NCBI RefSeq assembly: GCF_004010195.1
Contig: NC_057711.1
Location: 80,129,457 to 80,193,456, forward strand
Direction: 5' to 3'
From: Chiloscyllium plagiosum
Lineage: Eukaryota
Length of the DNA stretch: 64,000 nucleotides
In this document: in pieces, positions 26,472-39,399 of the stretch
Layout: each line of letters begins with the position of its first letter
Numbering within the stretch: position 1 is the first letter of the stretch
Translations under genes and position numbers: made by a program
Notes under the pieces: generated by a model
What the model saw: the letters and a program-made list of their open reading frames with translations, nothing else
What the model was told of the DNA's origin: nothing
The model's database searches: none

Positions 26472-27266
26472 CCTTCTGGTCCAGATGCAGGGACACAGCC
26501 ACTGCACCACAAGGATTGTAAGGTCATACGTTTACACAATACCAGTGTATGAACAAACCTCTGCCATGACCCCATCTGAGGCATATTCAAAGAGTCTGCC
26601 CACCTGGTATTGAAAGCCATAATGTGTGAACAGAATCTTATAGGCATTGAGCAACATGGGCTATGATCAGATTTGTGGCAAAATCAGATGCAGATCTCCT
26701 GAAGCCCATTGGGAACATCTCGCTCCATCATTTATGGGTTAAGCAAGTGATGTGGTGGGCTTTGCACTAGGCAGTGGCAAGTTGCCAATTAAGGGGCACT
26801 ATTGCATGTTAAATGTCCTGTTGATAGCCCAGGTCACCACAATAACATTCAGCTTCCTATCATACCAAACAAGCTAGACCGAGAAAACTCAACATTTTCC
26901 GAACTCTAACACACATTGTAGCACCTCACTGATCCACTTAGCAAGATGCTGAGGAAGTATTTGCAGTCAGAGTGCACTGGCAACTAGCAGTAACAGGGTG
27001 CAGCAGTTTGTACTCAACTCACAGAATAGCCCAGGCTGCATCTTAGGGATGCCCACTTGCTCTCTTAGGGCTCACTCACCTTAGTGCTTACCAGCATGCT
27101 GGCAGTATTAAGGTCATACCTGGCCTATTAAAGTATTGGCACTTCAGCCAGAGTCAAAGGCTATCACTGCTGTGGTATTGATATGTGATTTAGTGCAGAC
27201 AGTCAGGTGACTTGTCATGCTTGTCAGTAGGAATCGGTCAGGCGGTGGGGAGCGTCTTGATGAATG

Positions 27267-27309
27267 GCATATGGAGGCATCAACATAGCAAGTTGATGCC
27301 TCCATATGC
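27267..27309. repeat. Perfect 18 bp inverted repeat with 7 nt loop
   Basis: GCATATGGAGGCATCAAC-ATAGCAA-GTTGATGCCTCCATATGC. Confidence 0.9.
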
Positions 27310-28636
27310 ATTTAGCATATGCCAACTGTCTGTGCAGCAAACACACTTAACTTTGATTCAACTAAATGATTATGCTGAAAACTAGTGGGATCTCATCCTC
27401 CGTACATTAAAAGGTGGTCCGTGATCATTTATGGTGTCCCGATTCTAGCCACACACTCTCCAGTAGCCTGACTCCAGTCAGTTGTCCATGTGGGGCAATC
27501 ATGGTCAGGGGATCTATCCCAGTACAGTCTGGGAAATGGACAGTCATCGCTAGCTGGCAGGGAAAACATGTATTATCAGTTGGGGAACTGCAAACACAGC
27601 ATTCAGAAGTAGGGGCTGCTCGTTAAAATCAGCCAGATTTCAATGCAAAAGCATTCCTGAGGATCTGTCCAACTGTCTTTCTGGACACTTCAATAGACGG
27701 CCTGTAGGGAATTTAGAGGGATCACCAACAGATGGGATGGGGATTTGAGGCAAGTGAGAGAAGTGAATCCAGAGGCAATTCCAGAGCCGAGGACAAGAAT
27801 AGTGATGGGGAATTGCCAGGTGAATGGAGGGTTAGTGAAACTGCATCAGAAGGATTGGTAGGTCATGGAGCTGGGGAAAAGCCATGTCAGGGACCATCAC
27901 TGTGGCCTTCACAAGGGGAGTGTACAAGACCAAAGAGGGCAGTATTGAGCTATAATGTCAGGTTCAGAGCAGGAAGGGCAAATGTTGGTGAAATTCAATG
28001 TAGTGAGTCTCCATATGGGAGGGAATGGGTGAAAAATGGCCTGTCAGGATAGTAAGTGGAAAGTGTAGACATGAGGCTTTAGAGGGTGACCAGGTGGATC
28101 ACAGTTTGATGATGTCATCATGAGCTTCCTTTTGCCTACTTTCCATTCTGCAGGTGCAAAATGTGACTAGAAAATGGCTAGGACAATGTTCTGGGTGGGC
28201 AGAGTAAGTATCATTTTGATTGGAAAAGCATGGGATCCATGTTTGTTGGAAGCTGGGGAATTGAAACTACAAATACATGAAGCAGGTTTAGGCAAACCCC
28301 ATCTACATCTAAGTTGCATTAATTCCAACATCCACTTGTAATGCTTTAGGAGTCAGGTATGGGTCAAACGCATTTTCTAACATTTCAGCTGGGAGGGTCG
28401 ACACATTTTGACAGTCAATGCATTGGCTTCCGGAAACCATAGCCCTGCATGGATCACAGAGTTCCAGAAAAACAAATTGTGGGAATGTTGTTTGCAACTT
28501 GTTACTGGTGCATGCAAATTGAGCTTGGACATCTCAATGATATTGAAGTTAGAAGCAATGACATGACAACAGGCCAATGCTGACTGAAGGTTAACCATTA
28601 TTCATACAACTGCAGAATCCCACGGAAGCTACAGAT

Positions 28637-28717
28637 TGTGCTCATTGTTGGGGGTAGTTTCATCAGGTATATATAGAGGTTGGGTGGAGTGCGGAGAGTG
28701 CTTCAGGTGTCTGCACA
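28637..28717 (+). repeat. 81 bp exact duplicate of 29421-29501
   Basis: TGTGCTCATTGTTGGGGG...TCAGGTGTCTGCACA is identical at both sites. Confidence 0.95.
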
Positions 28718-31700
28718 ATATCGCTTCATCATCTGTAATGTAAGTGTAAAAATGATCTGTACTGACTGCAGTGAGAAGCTGAGATTTGGATGTGATCTGT
28801 TTGGAATAGCAAGACTGTTGGAGTGCCAAAGGCATTCTCTTCCTAGTGTCAGTGATCTTGGATTTGGAACGTGTGTGAAAGGAGCCTTGGTGAGTTGCTG
28901 CAGTGCATCATGTAGTTGGTACACACTGTGTTAGTGGTAGAGAAAAGATAGTATAGGTTTGGGTATTTTAATCTGGGCCAAAATCTATCTGGTCAGACAA
29001 ATGTTCCAATGTCTAATACAGGATCCATCACAACAGAATCAACCATGCAGGCAACAATCGAATGGATCATTGCAGATACCATGCCTCCTTTTTTACAGAA
29101 ATAGCTACCATATTTCAGTAGATAAAATGTTTACAAATCTCCACTTTGACACATAGTAAGACAAGGCAAGTGCAAGGTTGATAAGGGAGTAGCGTGCCAG
29201 TTGAGTGAGGGGTTAGGTGGTCAGGTAGGTAAGGGGGATAGGATGGCAGGTGAGCGTTAAGATAGAGTGGAAGACGGATCAGTTAAGCAGGTGACAAGAC
29301 AAGGCAGATCAGATGCCTGAAAGTGGATGGTGGTGGGATGGAATTGGGGCTTGATTGGATAAGGTGCCCATAGGGTCGGGCATTTGGGTGGGTACCCAAG
29401 CTAAGAGGGTGGTCAGATCATGTGCTCATTGTTGGGGGTAGTTTCATCAGGTATATATAGAGGTTGGGTGGAGTGCGGAGAGTGCTTCAGGTGTCTGCAC
29501 AGGAGCGTAGTAAGGATGGATGTTCAGGGAATGTTCAGTGTAAGTGAGAGGGACTCAGTGTGAGTGACTGGATTGGGAATTACAGTTTAGTTAGCCAATG
29601 CAGCTTTTAGTTCTTTAGCTTTCCCTGCTAAGCCATAACTGTACAAAGTATCAACTCTAATGCAGAGTTAGTAATGTTTTCAGAGGCTTCCGGATGTCAG
29701 GAAATTGGCCATCAGAAGTTTAATCTTCTTGGGCAGTTACTGTATGGTTAGTACATGTGGACTTCTGAGATGTCCCAACTATTTGAAAACTGGAAGCTCT
29801 GGGTATTTATGCTTTGAGGAAAGACTGGATCAATATTACATCTGTTCTGTTCCACATCTGAAATGCTAACTGGTCTTCAGACTTGACAGATTCTGATGGG
29901 CCTGTTGTATGAAGTCAGCATTTCTGCTTTTCTTTCAGGTTTCCAAACATTATGTTTTTTTAACCCCCAGAGAATTAGAAGATTTTCACAGAGTTAATAA
30001 GTCAATAGCACATTTAGAACCCATTTGAGTGAAGCCATCCTTATGTAGTAAATGCCTGAGTTCGCGGGCTTTCAATAAATTTTCATTTGAAAGTATTACA
30101 ATGAGAGCAATCTTGGATTGTTTGTCAGCTTAAAATGCTGATAAAATGACATTTATCAAAGCTGCTGAGCTCTTTAACTAGAATGTATTACACTACAATG
30201 ACACTTTTCTTGTTAAAATAAGTAATGTTATCAGAGTGTACACAAACCTTATGCTAATCATCTACACTCTTCAGGCACAATGAGATAATATGCTTGTTAT
30301 TTAGATACTGAAATTGTTCATTACAAAGTGACATAGTGTTTGCCAATTCTGTCTTCATTATAAATGTAAATATTAACTGGCAATATGCAAAAGAATACAA
30401 ACGTCAACAGCAATTAATTGGCTTCTGCGGTAATTAGCAACCGTAAGGCAAACACTTATGAGCTGTAGTAATTGTCTGCATTAGGAGTACACCTCCTATA
30501 CAGATCTAATTAGCAATTTAAATAGTTCAGAAATTATATGCCACTTGCCTTTACACTCCCTGAAGTACTGTTCATTAATGAAAAAAATCTCCAGTAAATG
30601 TCATTTGCATTGTCTTGTTTTAAGAGCTCTACATCAAAGCCCATGTGTTCTGTCTATTAGTGAATACCGAACTACAAGTTGTGGAGCAATACAGCTGTAA
30701 TTATGCAGCAATCTCTTTGTAAACAACAGACTTGCTGACTGACAGTAGTTCATTTTGCGTCAAAACATCCCTTCTACTGTCTGATTAGCAAGAGTTTGTG
30801 CTGCATATTTCTAAGGAGACAGTTTCAATAGCTACTCTTATCGCACTGCTTTTTAGATTTCCAAAACAAAATTATTTCAGGAAACAGAAGCTTCTTGAAC
30901 TGGTGTTTTTTTAACTGGAAATATTAAGCTATTTTGATTGAGATATATGATGAATTTCTTGTTGTAAAGTATAGATCTTCTAAAGATCATTTTATAGGCT
31001 TATTTTCACCAAAAATGTCATTTTCAACCAATTTTGTGAATGACAGCTGCTTTTCTTAATACATTGCTGTCAACCAATGGAGAATATTTAGTCATTATTA
31101 AGCAGAGGCATTAACTTTAGCAAGGAATTGTCTATTTCAACTTTTCTCTCAGGCATTCATCACAGCTCCTAACTATAAAGGGATTTAAGCACTAATAATG
31201 ATTATCAGTAATCTGTTTACTATCTACTGTTATTCAAAGTGTTTACTTTTGATATAAAAGTTGCATACTTATTGAGTTTTCTGGCTTTAACTAACAGTAT
31301 CTTATCCTGATTGTGTTTTCAGAATGAGAGGACATGGCAATGGTCAGCTGATGTTTGACCTAGGGAGTATACAGAGGAGGATTCAGGGATTGATGGTGAA
31401 CATTTTCATTAAGATTTTCCTTACGTTGATAATGAATGAGGAAATTCTAGCACTCAGTTGAGTTAAATAGAGGCAGGACTATATGCCTATAACCAAAATA
31501 ATGGTCTCATCAGAAAAATATAAGTACTGGCTGAAAAATAGAGTTGGATGTTGACACGATGTAGTTTTGCAATATGAACTTCCAATATGAACCTGTCAGG
31601 TGTAAATCTATCAACTGGAATCAACAAATTCTCACAATGATAAACATCCCTGAGCAGCAATGTTCCCTTATGTCATATGAACAGCATATGGATATTTGGG

Positions 31701-34700
31701 ACTGTGATTTCTTATTGGGCTGAATTTTGGTACTGGGAACATTCCTCCCTGATTTATATTCAGCACTATTCTCCTGTTCTGTTTAAGTTTAAGAATAAAC
31801 TTAACATTGTTATCAATGAAATCCATATACCTGAAATGCATCAATTCAAATCACAGTCTCACATTTTCTTCAATAAATAAGTCTTGCAATTTTTCCAATT
31901 AAAATTATTTCCATTCCTCAGGAGTTTGTCTCTTGTGATTGGCATCTCAATCATTATCTATCTCCTGGCAAATACATCATAGATGTAAAATCAACTATCC
32001 CAATGGATCGTAACATTGGATGTCCAGTTATGATGAAGACTATTTGAATTTGGTTACATTGAACGCTTCTCAGGATCACAGACAGAGATGTGCCAGTAAA
32101 AGATTCCCCTTTTGACTCGTTTACTTTAAATCAAGTGACTTAATTCAGATTTAGAAACACTAGGCCTTGAAATTGAATTTGAAAATTTTAGGATAAATCC
32201 GTTTACCAATTTGCATGGATTTCCTTTTCAATGGAGGCGTTAACACATTAAACACTGCTGTGATTAAATCAAGTGATGACCAGAGACCAGATGTTCACCT
32301 CGTATTTGGCTGATTTAAGCCCGATACACAAACCATCCTTGTCCCTAATTTACAGGAGAATCAAGAAAAGAGATTTATAGTGCTTGATGAAAGATTCCTC
32401 CCTGGTTCTTCAAGTCAATTAGGAAAATCCCAGGATGCACAGCTCTAACATATGCTGAACAAAAGGATATTAGCACAATATAATTTCAAGGCCTATTAGT
32501 TTTAAATTTTCAGATTAACCTAAATACAACTATCCTAGAAAGCACATTGATTAAATAAAAGATGAAAATAACAATCATTATTATGTGTAACCAAATAGAC
32601 AAATATCCATAGAGGCAGTGTTTAATCAGGCTGAATATTAGATTTTTTTAGTTGCGTAGCTGGTCCTTCAGTACGAATGCAAAACCTTAAAAGAAGTAAA
32701 CATTTAAAAGTAAAAGCTCTTTGCAACAGACAATTTTCAGAAATTGGCCAAAATATGTGCTTCCCACACACTATGTGACATGGAAAATCTGACATATGCA
32801 TGCTGAGTGACTTTTACAATACAGCCAGCAGTATGTGCCTGCAAATTTGGAGCCATTACATCTCAATGTGCGCCACATTCCTTGTTAATCTCTTTTTATT
32901 AAAATGAAACTGACCCAACATTGAAAGGATCCTCTCAATTGAAACCATCTTCATATCGACCATTCATGAAGTTGATGTAATATGTCAAAAGACAAAGTGT
33001 GGATTCATCTAACTAGAGTTGGAAGCTGAGATATTCTGCAATTGAAGATATGAATGTATGTAAAATTTACTTTTAGCTTATGAAACATATCTGGTTGATT
33101 TGAAGATAACCCTGGGCTTTTTCCTGTGGGATAGATGGATCTCTATCTTTTCTGAAATGTTGGACTGACATATGGATAGAAACTAGATCACATCCAAAAA
33201 TGCCTGTCTGCCGTATGCAGGAATCACGCAAAATTCTGAGATCAGCTGCTGGGACCTCATTATGTGATAGGGTACTGATTAACACAATATGCTGTGTATT
33301 CAGGAAGGGCCTTTTGAACGGACTTGACAAACCTTTGACAGCAAAGGGAAGAAGTCAATGCAACAAGCTTAGCTTCCAGGATATGGTTTCTATTACATAA
33401 AGTTTTATATGACTGCTTTAAAATTATCAAGATAAGAATCCTACTTCTTATCATAATTAGTCTCTTTTATATCTGCAACTACTGTAACCTTACTATTCAA
33501 AGCACTCTCTTCTCCTGTTATCTTTCACTTTCCAATTATCACTGCATGACATACAAAGACTGGTGTCATGTGTGCTTTAGAGGTTAGGTTAGATAAGGGA
33601 TATTCACATAGTGAATCACCAGACAATTATGCAGGTATCTGTGTAAGGAGATAGAATACTACAGGTAGCAGATCACTGCAAAGAAAGATCAGAATATAGC
33701 TTGCTGCCATGGATACTAATGCAGACCTACTAAAAAAAAAGATAATGAGATTAAATAGAAACTACTTGCTGTTTTGTATAACCTGCCAGCAATCTTGATG
33801 TCATGTGGTTCAGACCTTGGATGTGTCCATGTCCACATACTGTCTTAGTTTCTTATAGAGCTAGTTGTTTCCTTACTGTTAGTCTCACAAAATGTTGAGT
33901 GACATTATCATGTTGAAGGATGGTTTCTGCAAGACCAATTCTCAAAAGGATTCTAACTCAAGATAGGACATTTAATTCTAAATTATAGTCAAGTTATTAA
34001 CACTCTTACCATGCATGTGGGAGGCTTGCAGAGAAATCTAGTCCAATACAGAGGCTGATGTACTCTCAATACAAAATTGTTGTACTTGTGACATATATCA
34101 TTTAGACTCTGTGACCAACTGAATATCTATATTATGGTGCCATGGCTGCTCATTAAACCATCCAGGAAGTCTAATAAATTTGTCAGATAGTTGCTTGGTT
34201 GAACTTGAGGGTCACAAACAGAAAATGCATAAGCACATATTGCACCTTTTCCAAAGCTTGAGGGACAATTCTTCCCTGGTGCATTCAACATTGCAATGCC
34301 TTAACCAGTCAGAGTTGAGTTGCTACCAGTCAGCACCCTCTTCTCATGCAGCATGCATTGTTGTTTGATTTGAACATTTTCGTTCATTGTTCCTAATGGT
34401 CCCAAAATGTAAAACTTTGGCAGCACATTTATTTTGAAGGAAAATCACATTCTGGAGCATAGATGTTTGACACAAAGTTTTACTACATTCAGATATTTGC
34501 TACTGGTCATTTTTATTCATGCTTAGAATATATAAATAACATAACTCCTTCAAAACAGAAAGAAACATATCACGGAGAATAAAATTATGCACCTCTAGAA
34601 ATAGGGATACGAGTTACTGGACAATATGGGTTTTAAAGTCACTTTAAAGACTTGGATAGAATGGACACTTTTAGATTTGGAATGTCAGGAAGTAGGTCGG

Positions 34701-34929
34701 AGGTGCCAGTCAGCTTAATCATCAATGGTCGGTGGGGAGCCAAATGGCTGAGAGCATTGGATGACAAATTTGAGATCTACAGCAGGGCAATGTTGCAGAA
34801 GAGTGAGACAATTATAACATCTGATGATCACAAATACAATTTTAGCTTTGTTATTTTGGAACATGAGAATATGATGCAAATTCACAGAGATGAGATTGGA
34901 TAAACAACCCTCGATGTTGCGCTGACCTG

Positions 34930-36900
34930 TGAACTAATCTAAGCCCATCCCCCTATACTATCCCATCATCATCCATATGATTATCCAAGGACTGTTTAAG
35001 TGCCCCTAATGTGGCTAAGTTAACTACATTAGCAGGCAGGGAATTCCATGCACTTGCCACTCTCTGAGTAAAGAAACTGCCTCTGACATCTGTCTTCAAT
35101 TTGTCACCCCTCAATTTGCAGCTATGCCCCTTCGTACAAGCCAACATCAACATCCTAGGAAAAAGACTATCACTGTCTACTCTATCTAATCCTCTGATCA
35201 TCTTGTACGTCTCGATTAAATCCTCTCTTAGCCTTCTTCTCTCCATTGAGAACAGACCCAAGTCCCTCAGCCTTTCCTCAAAAGACCTTCCCTCCTGGCC
35301 AGGCAACATCCTGGAAAATCTCCTCTGCACCTTTTCCAAAGCTTCTGCATCCTTCCTATAACTGTATTCCAAGTGAGGCTGCAATAGCATTTTGTACAGT
35401 TGCAGCATGACATCATGGCTCTGGAACTCAATTCCTCTACCAATAAAACCTAACATACTGTATGCCTTCTTAAGAGCACTATCAACCTGGGGTGGCAACT
35501 TTCAGGGATCTATGTACATGGACACCAAGATCCCTCTGCACATCCACACTACCAAGAAACTATTCATTGACCCAGTATTCCTATTATTCTTCCCAAAGTG
35601 AATCACCTCACATTCATCTGCATTGAACTCCATTTGCCACCTCTCAGCCCAATTCTGCAGTTTATCCAAGTCCCCCAGCATCTTGCAACATTCTTCCACA
35701 CTGTCCACTACTCCACCAACTTTAGTGTTGTCTGCAAATTTACTAACCCATCCACCTATGCCTACGTCCAAGTCATTTATAAAAATGACAAGCAACAGTG
35801 GTCCCAAAACAGATCCTAGTGGCACACCAATAGTAACCGGACTCCAGGCTGAATATTTTCCATCAACCACCACTCGCTGCCTTCTTACAGAAAGTCAGTT
35901 TCTAATCCAAACTGCTAAATCACTCTCAATCCCATGCCTCCACATTTTCTCCAAAAGCCTACCATGTGGAACCTCATCAAAGTCCATGTATACCATGTCA
36001 ACTGCCCTACCCTCATCTACGTGCTTGGTCACCTTCTCATAAAACTCAATGAGGTTTGTGAGACATACCCTGTCCTTGATGAAACCATGTTTATTATCTC
36101 CATGTTGCTTACTAGATGGTTATAAATTTTATCTCTTTTAATCCTTTCCAAATATTTTTCTCCAAAAGACATAAGACTCACTGGTCTATAATTACCTGGG
36201 TCATCTGTACTGCCCTTCTTGAACAAGGGCACAACATTTGCAATCCTCCAGTCCTCTGGTACTAAACCTGTAGACAATGACACTCAAAGATCAATGCCAA
36301 AGGTTCTGCCATCTCCTCCCTGGCTTCCCAGAGAATCCTCAGATAAATCCCATCTGGCCCAGGGGACTTATCTACTTTCACACCTTCTAGAATTGATAAC
36401 ACTTCCTCCTTACTAAACTCAATTCTTTCTAGTCTAATAGCCTGTATCTCAATCTTTTCTTGAGTGAAAACAGATGAGAAATATTCATTTATCACTTCTC
36501 CGATCGCCACAGGGTCCACACACAACTTCTCACTTCTGTCTTTGACTGGCACTATTCCTACCCTAGTCATCCTTTTGTTCCTCACATACCTACAGAAAGC
36601 GTTATGGTTCTCCTTTATTCCACCTCCTAAAGACTGCTCATGTCCCCTCCTTGCTTTTCTTAACTCTCTCTTCAAATCCTTCCTAGCTACTCTGTAACTC
36701 TCCATCGCCTCATCTGAACCATCTCACCTCAACGTCATATAAGCCTCCCTCTTCCGCTTAACAAGAGATGCAATCTTTTTAGTAAACCATAGTTCCCTTA
36801 CCTTATCACTTCCTTTCTGCGTGACAGGGACATACCTATCAAGGACACACAATATCTGTTCCTTAAACCAGCTCCACATTTCGATTATCCCCATTCTCTT
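34930..36900 (-). mobile_element. CR1 LINE ORF2 (RT to 3' end), frameshifted
   Basis: KSPGPDGIY, WRIANVVPLFKKG...NYRPVSL, GVPLGSVLGPLL, SKFADNTK, WQMEFNADECEVIHFG and FFTQRVASAWNSLP. Confidence 0.95.
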
Positions 36901-37499
36901 AATAGGTGACTCATTTCTGATTTGAGAATATGCCGAAGGCATCACACCACAAAAGCTGAAATAAAGATTTCAGCTACAGATTGAGTAAATCAGAGCAGAG
37001 ATTGATCTTGTTGCAAACATAGAAGTAAATATCTTTTTACCTTTTTTATGAAATAATGCTGTATTTGGGGAAGGCAAGCAAATTGGATGACTGAAAAGTA
37101 AAGTCTGTGATTCCACAACAATATTCAAGAGGTTCCTGGGAACATTGAGCAGGTTTTGTGATGAAAGTTTGTTAGAGAGAGGCATCTCATGGTGTGAGAA
37201 TATGTGGTTCTGGGATCACAGGGCATTGGGAATGCAGTCCAAAATTTCTTTGCATGATCAAAAGAAGTTTTCAGAAATTCAGATTGATAGAAAATTTCTA
37301 GGAAAGAGAGTTTTATAATCCAGTTTGAATGGCTAGGAAGCTAGAGAACCTCAGATGGTGCTGAATCCAGCTGGTGTCTTAGATATGTCAAACTCAGGTT
37401 AAAGGTATCTGGCATTACTAAGATAAAGGAGCCCAAGAGAATTGGACATTAAATGGTTTTGATTCTTTGGAGTATCAGATCTCAACCCATCACCATAAC

Positions 37500-38425
37500 C
37501 TTGTGTTTGCTGCTGTCACAAATTAAAGTGGCATTGTAGACAGTGTAGATGGTAGCATTAAATTACAAAGGGTCATTGATAGACATTGATAGAATGGGCA
37601 AAACTGCAGCAGGTGGATTTTAATGTAAGCAAGTGTGAGTTTATCCATTTTAACCCTGAAAAGGATAGATTTGGATACTATCTAGATGGTATGAAGATTA
37701 ATACAGTGGATATCCAAAGAGACTTGGAAGTTCAGGTGTACAGATCTTTAAAATGATATGTACAGATCTAGAAAACAAACTAGAAAAATAACAAAATCTG
37801 GTTTTTATATTGACAGAATTGGCATATAAGGATAGAGACTTTATACTGCAGTTATGCAAAACTTTGGTTAGACTCTATTTGGAGCATTGTCAGCAGATTT
37901 GGTCACCACACCTTATATGAGCTTTGGAGGTGGTAGAATGTGAATTTACAAGAATGATACCTGGACTTCAAGGGTTTTATTTTGAGGATAGATTATATAA
38001 ATTAGATCTGTTTTCTCTACAGTTTAGGAGGTTTATGGGTTATTTGATTCATATCTTCAAGATATTAACAAGAAGACCCAGGATAGGTAAAGATAAACTA
38101 TTTCCACTGGTTGGAGATTCTGAACTAGGGGACAGAGTCTAAAAATTTGGGCCAGACCATTCAGGAGAGATGTTAGGAAACACTTGTACACATAGAGGGT
38201 GGTAAGGATTTGGAACGCTCATCCACAAATGGCAGCATATGCAGGATCAGTTGTTATTTTAAAATCTGAGGTGGATTTGTTTTGTTAAGCAAAGGTATTA
38301 GGAGTATGAGCCAAAGGCAGATATATGAAGTTAGGCCACAGATTAGCTATGATCTCACTGAATGTTGTAGTAGACCCGTGGGGCGAAATGACCTATTCTT
38401 GCTCCGATGTTTTTATGTGCTTATG
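37500..38425 (+). mobile_element. CR1 LINE 3' portion
   Basis: ORF 37924..38142 reads FTRMIPGLQG...RRFMGYLI. It ends in a TTTTATGTGCTTATG tail. Confidence 0.85.
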
Positions 38426-39399
38426 TTAGAACCTCATCCTGAAAGCACTCACACATCATTGCCCTCTGAATTGATAATCTGGCCATTCACTTCTCAGAAA
38501 TGCTTTCACTAACTTTCATTCAACATTCTTTGAATGTTGTGAATTCATATTATTAGGTTCCTTCAGCAATGTATTTGGTTGAAGACCTCAACTTCACACA
38601 AAAGCTGCGGTTTGATTATGCTCAGAAATAGAATTGAATGAATTGTGCAATTCGAGCATGTACAGGATGTTTCTGTAACATTAATCATCAGCTATTTTGA
38701 TTTTTATTTAATCCCTTCCACACATTAATGTTCAGTGACTTTGTTTCAAATAACTTTGAATAACTGAAGTGTGTATTTCAAAAGTGTTATAGCAATAACA
38801 TTTTCATTTAATGGCTTTTAAAAATGTTGTGCATTTGTTAAAGCTGGTGGGTAATAAGGTAGTGCTCTGGAGTATACACAAAGAAGCATTTCACAATTGG
38901 GGCCTGATGCAGTGTCAGTAAGGCAGCAAGAAACACGTCGGGAAAAATTTAATGCATCAAATTCATAATAAATTGCAAGAACTACATATTTAATTTTTGC
39001 AAGACTTTTGAATTATTATGTCTTGGAACGCTCCCAGCCAGCACTCATTTTATTATACCAAAAGGACCAGATTTAATAATGATTGCTGTGTTTTATAATG
39101 ATAGCTTGTGCAGGAACATCACAAGGTTAATTAGACTTATTTATCACAGGATGTTATAACAATGCATTTCAGATGTAACATGTGAGAAGACCGATCAGTA
39201 CAGCACCAAAGCGCAACAAAACTGCTATTAGTGCGAAGTAAAAGTCTTCGTAAATGAAGAAAATATATAATCATGACATCTGAAATAATATGTTAGTGAT
39301 GGGCAAAATAGAGCATAGACAACATTGTGGGAGTTACCTTTGATCAAATCTGATCAGAGTGGTCCAGTCTTTTGAATAAAGTGGCTATAAAACCAGATT

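Noticed and set aside
31321..31400. AG...GT-bounded candidate exon
   Set aside because: Weak donor site and unrecognisable peptide, as expected by chance.
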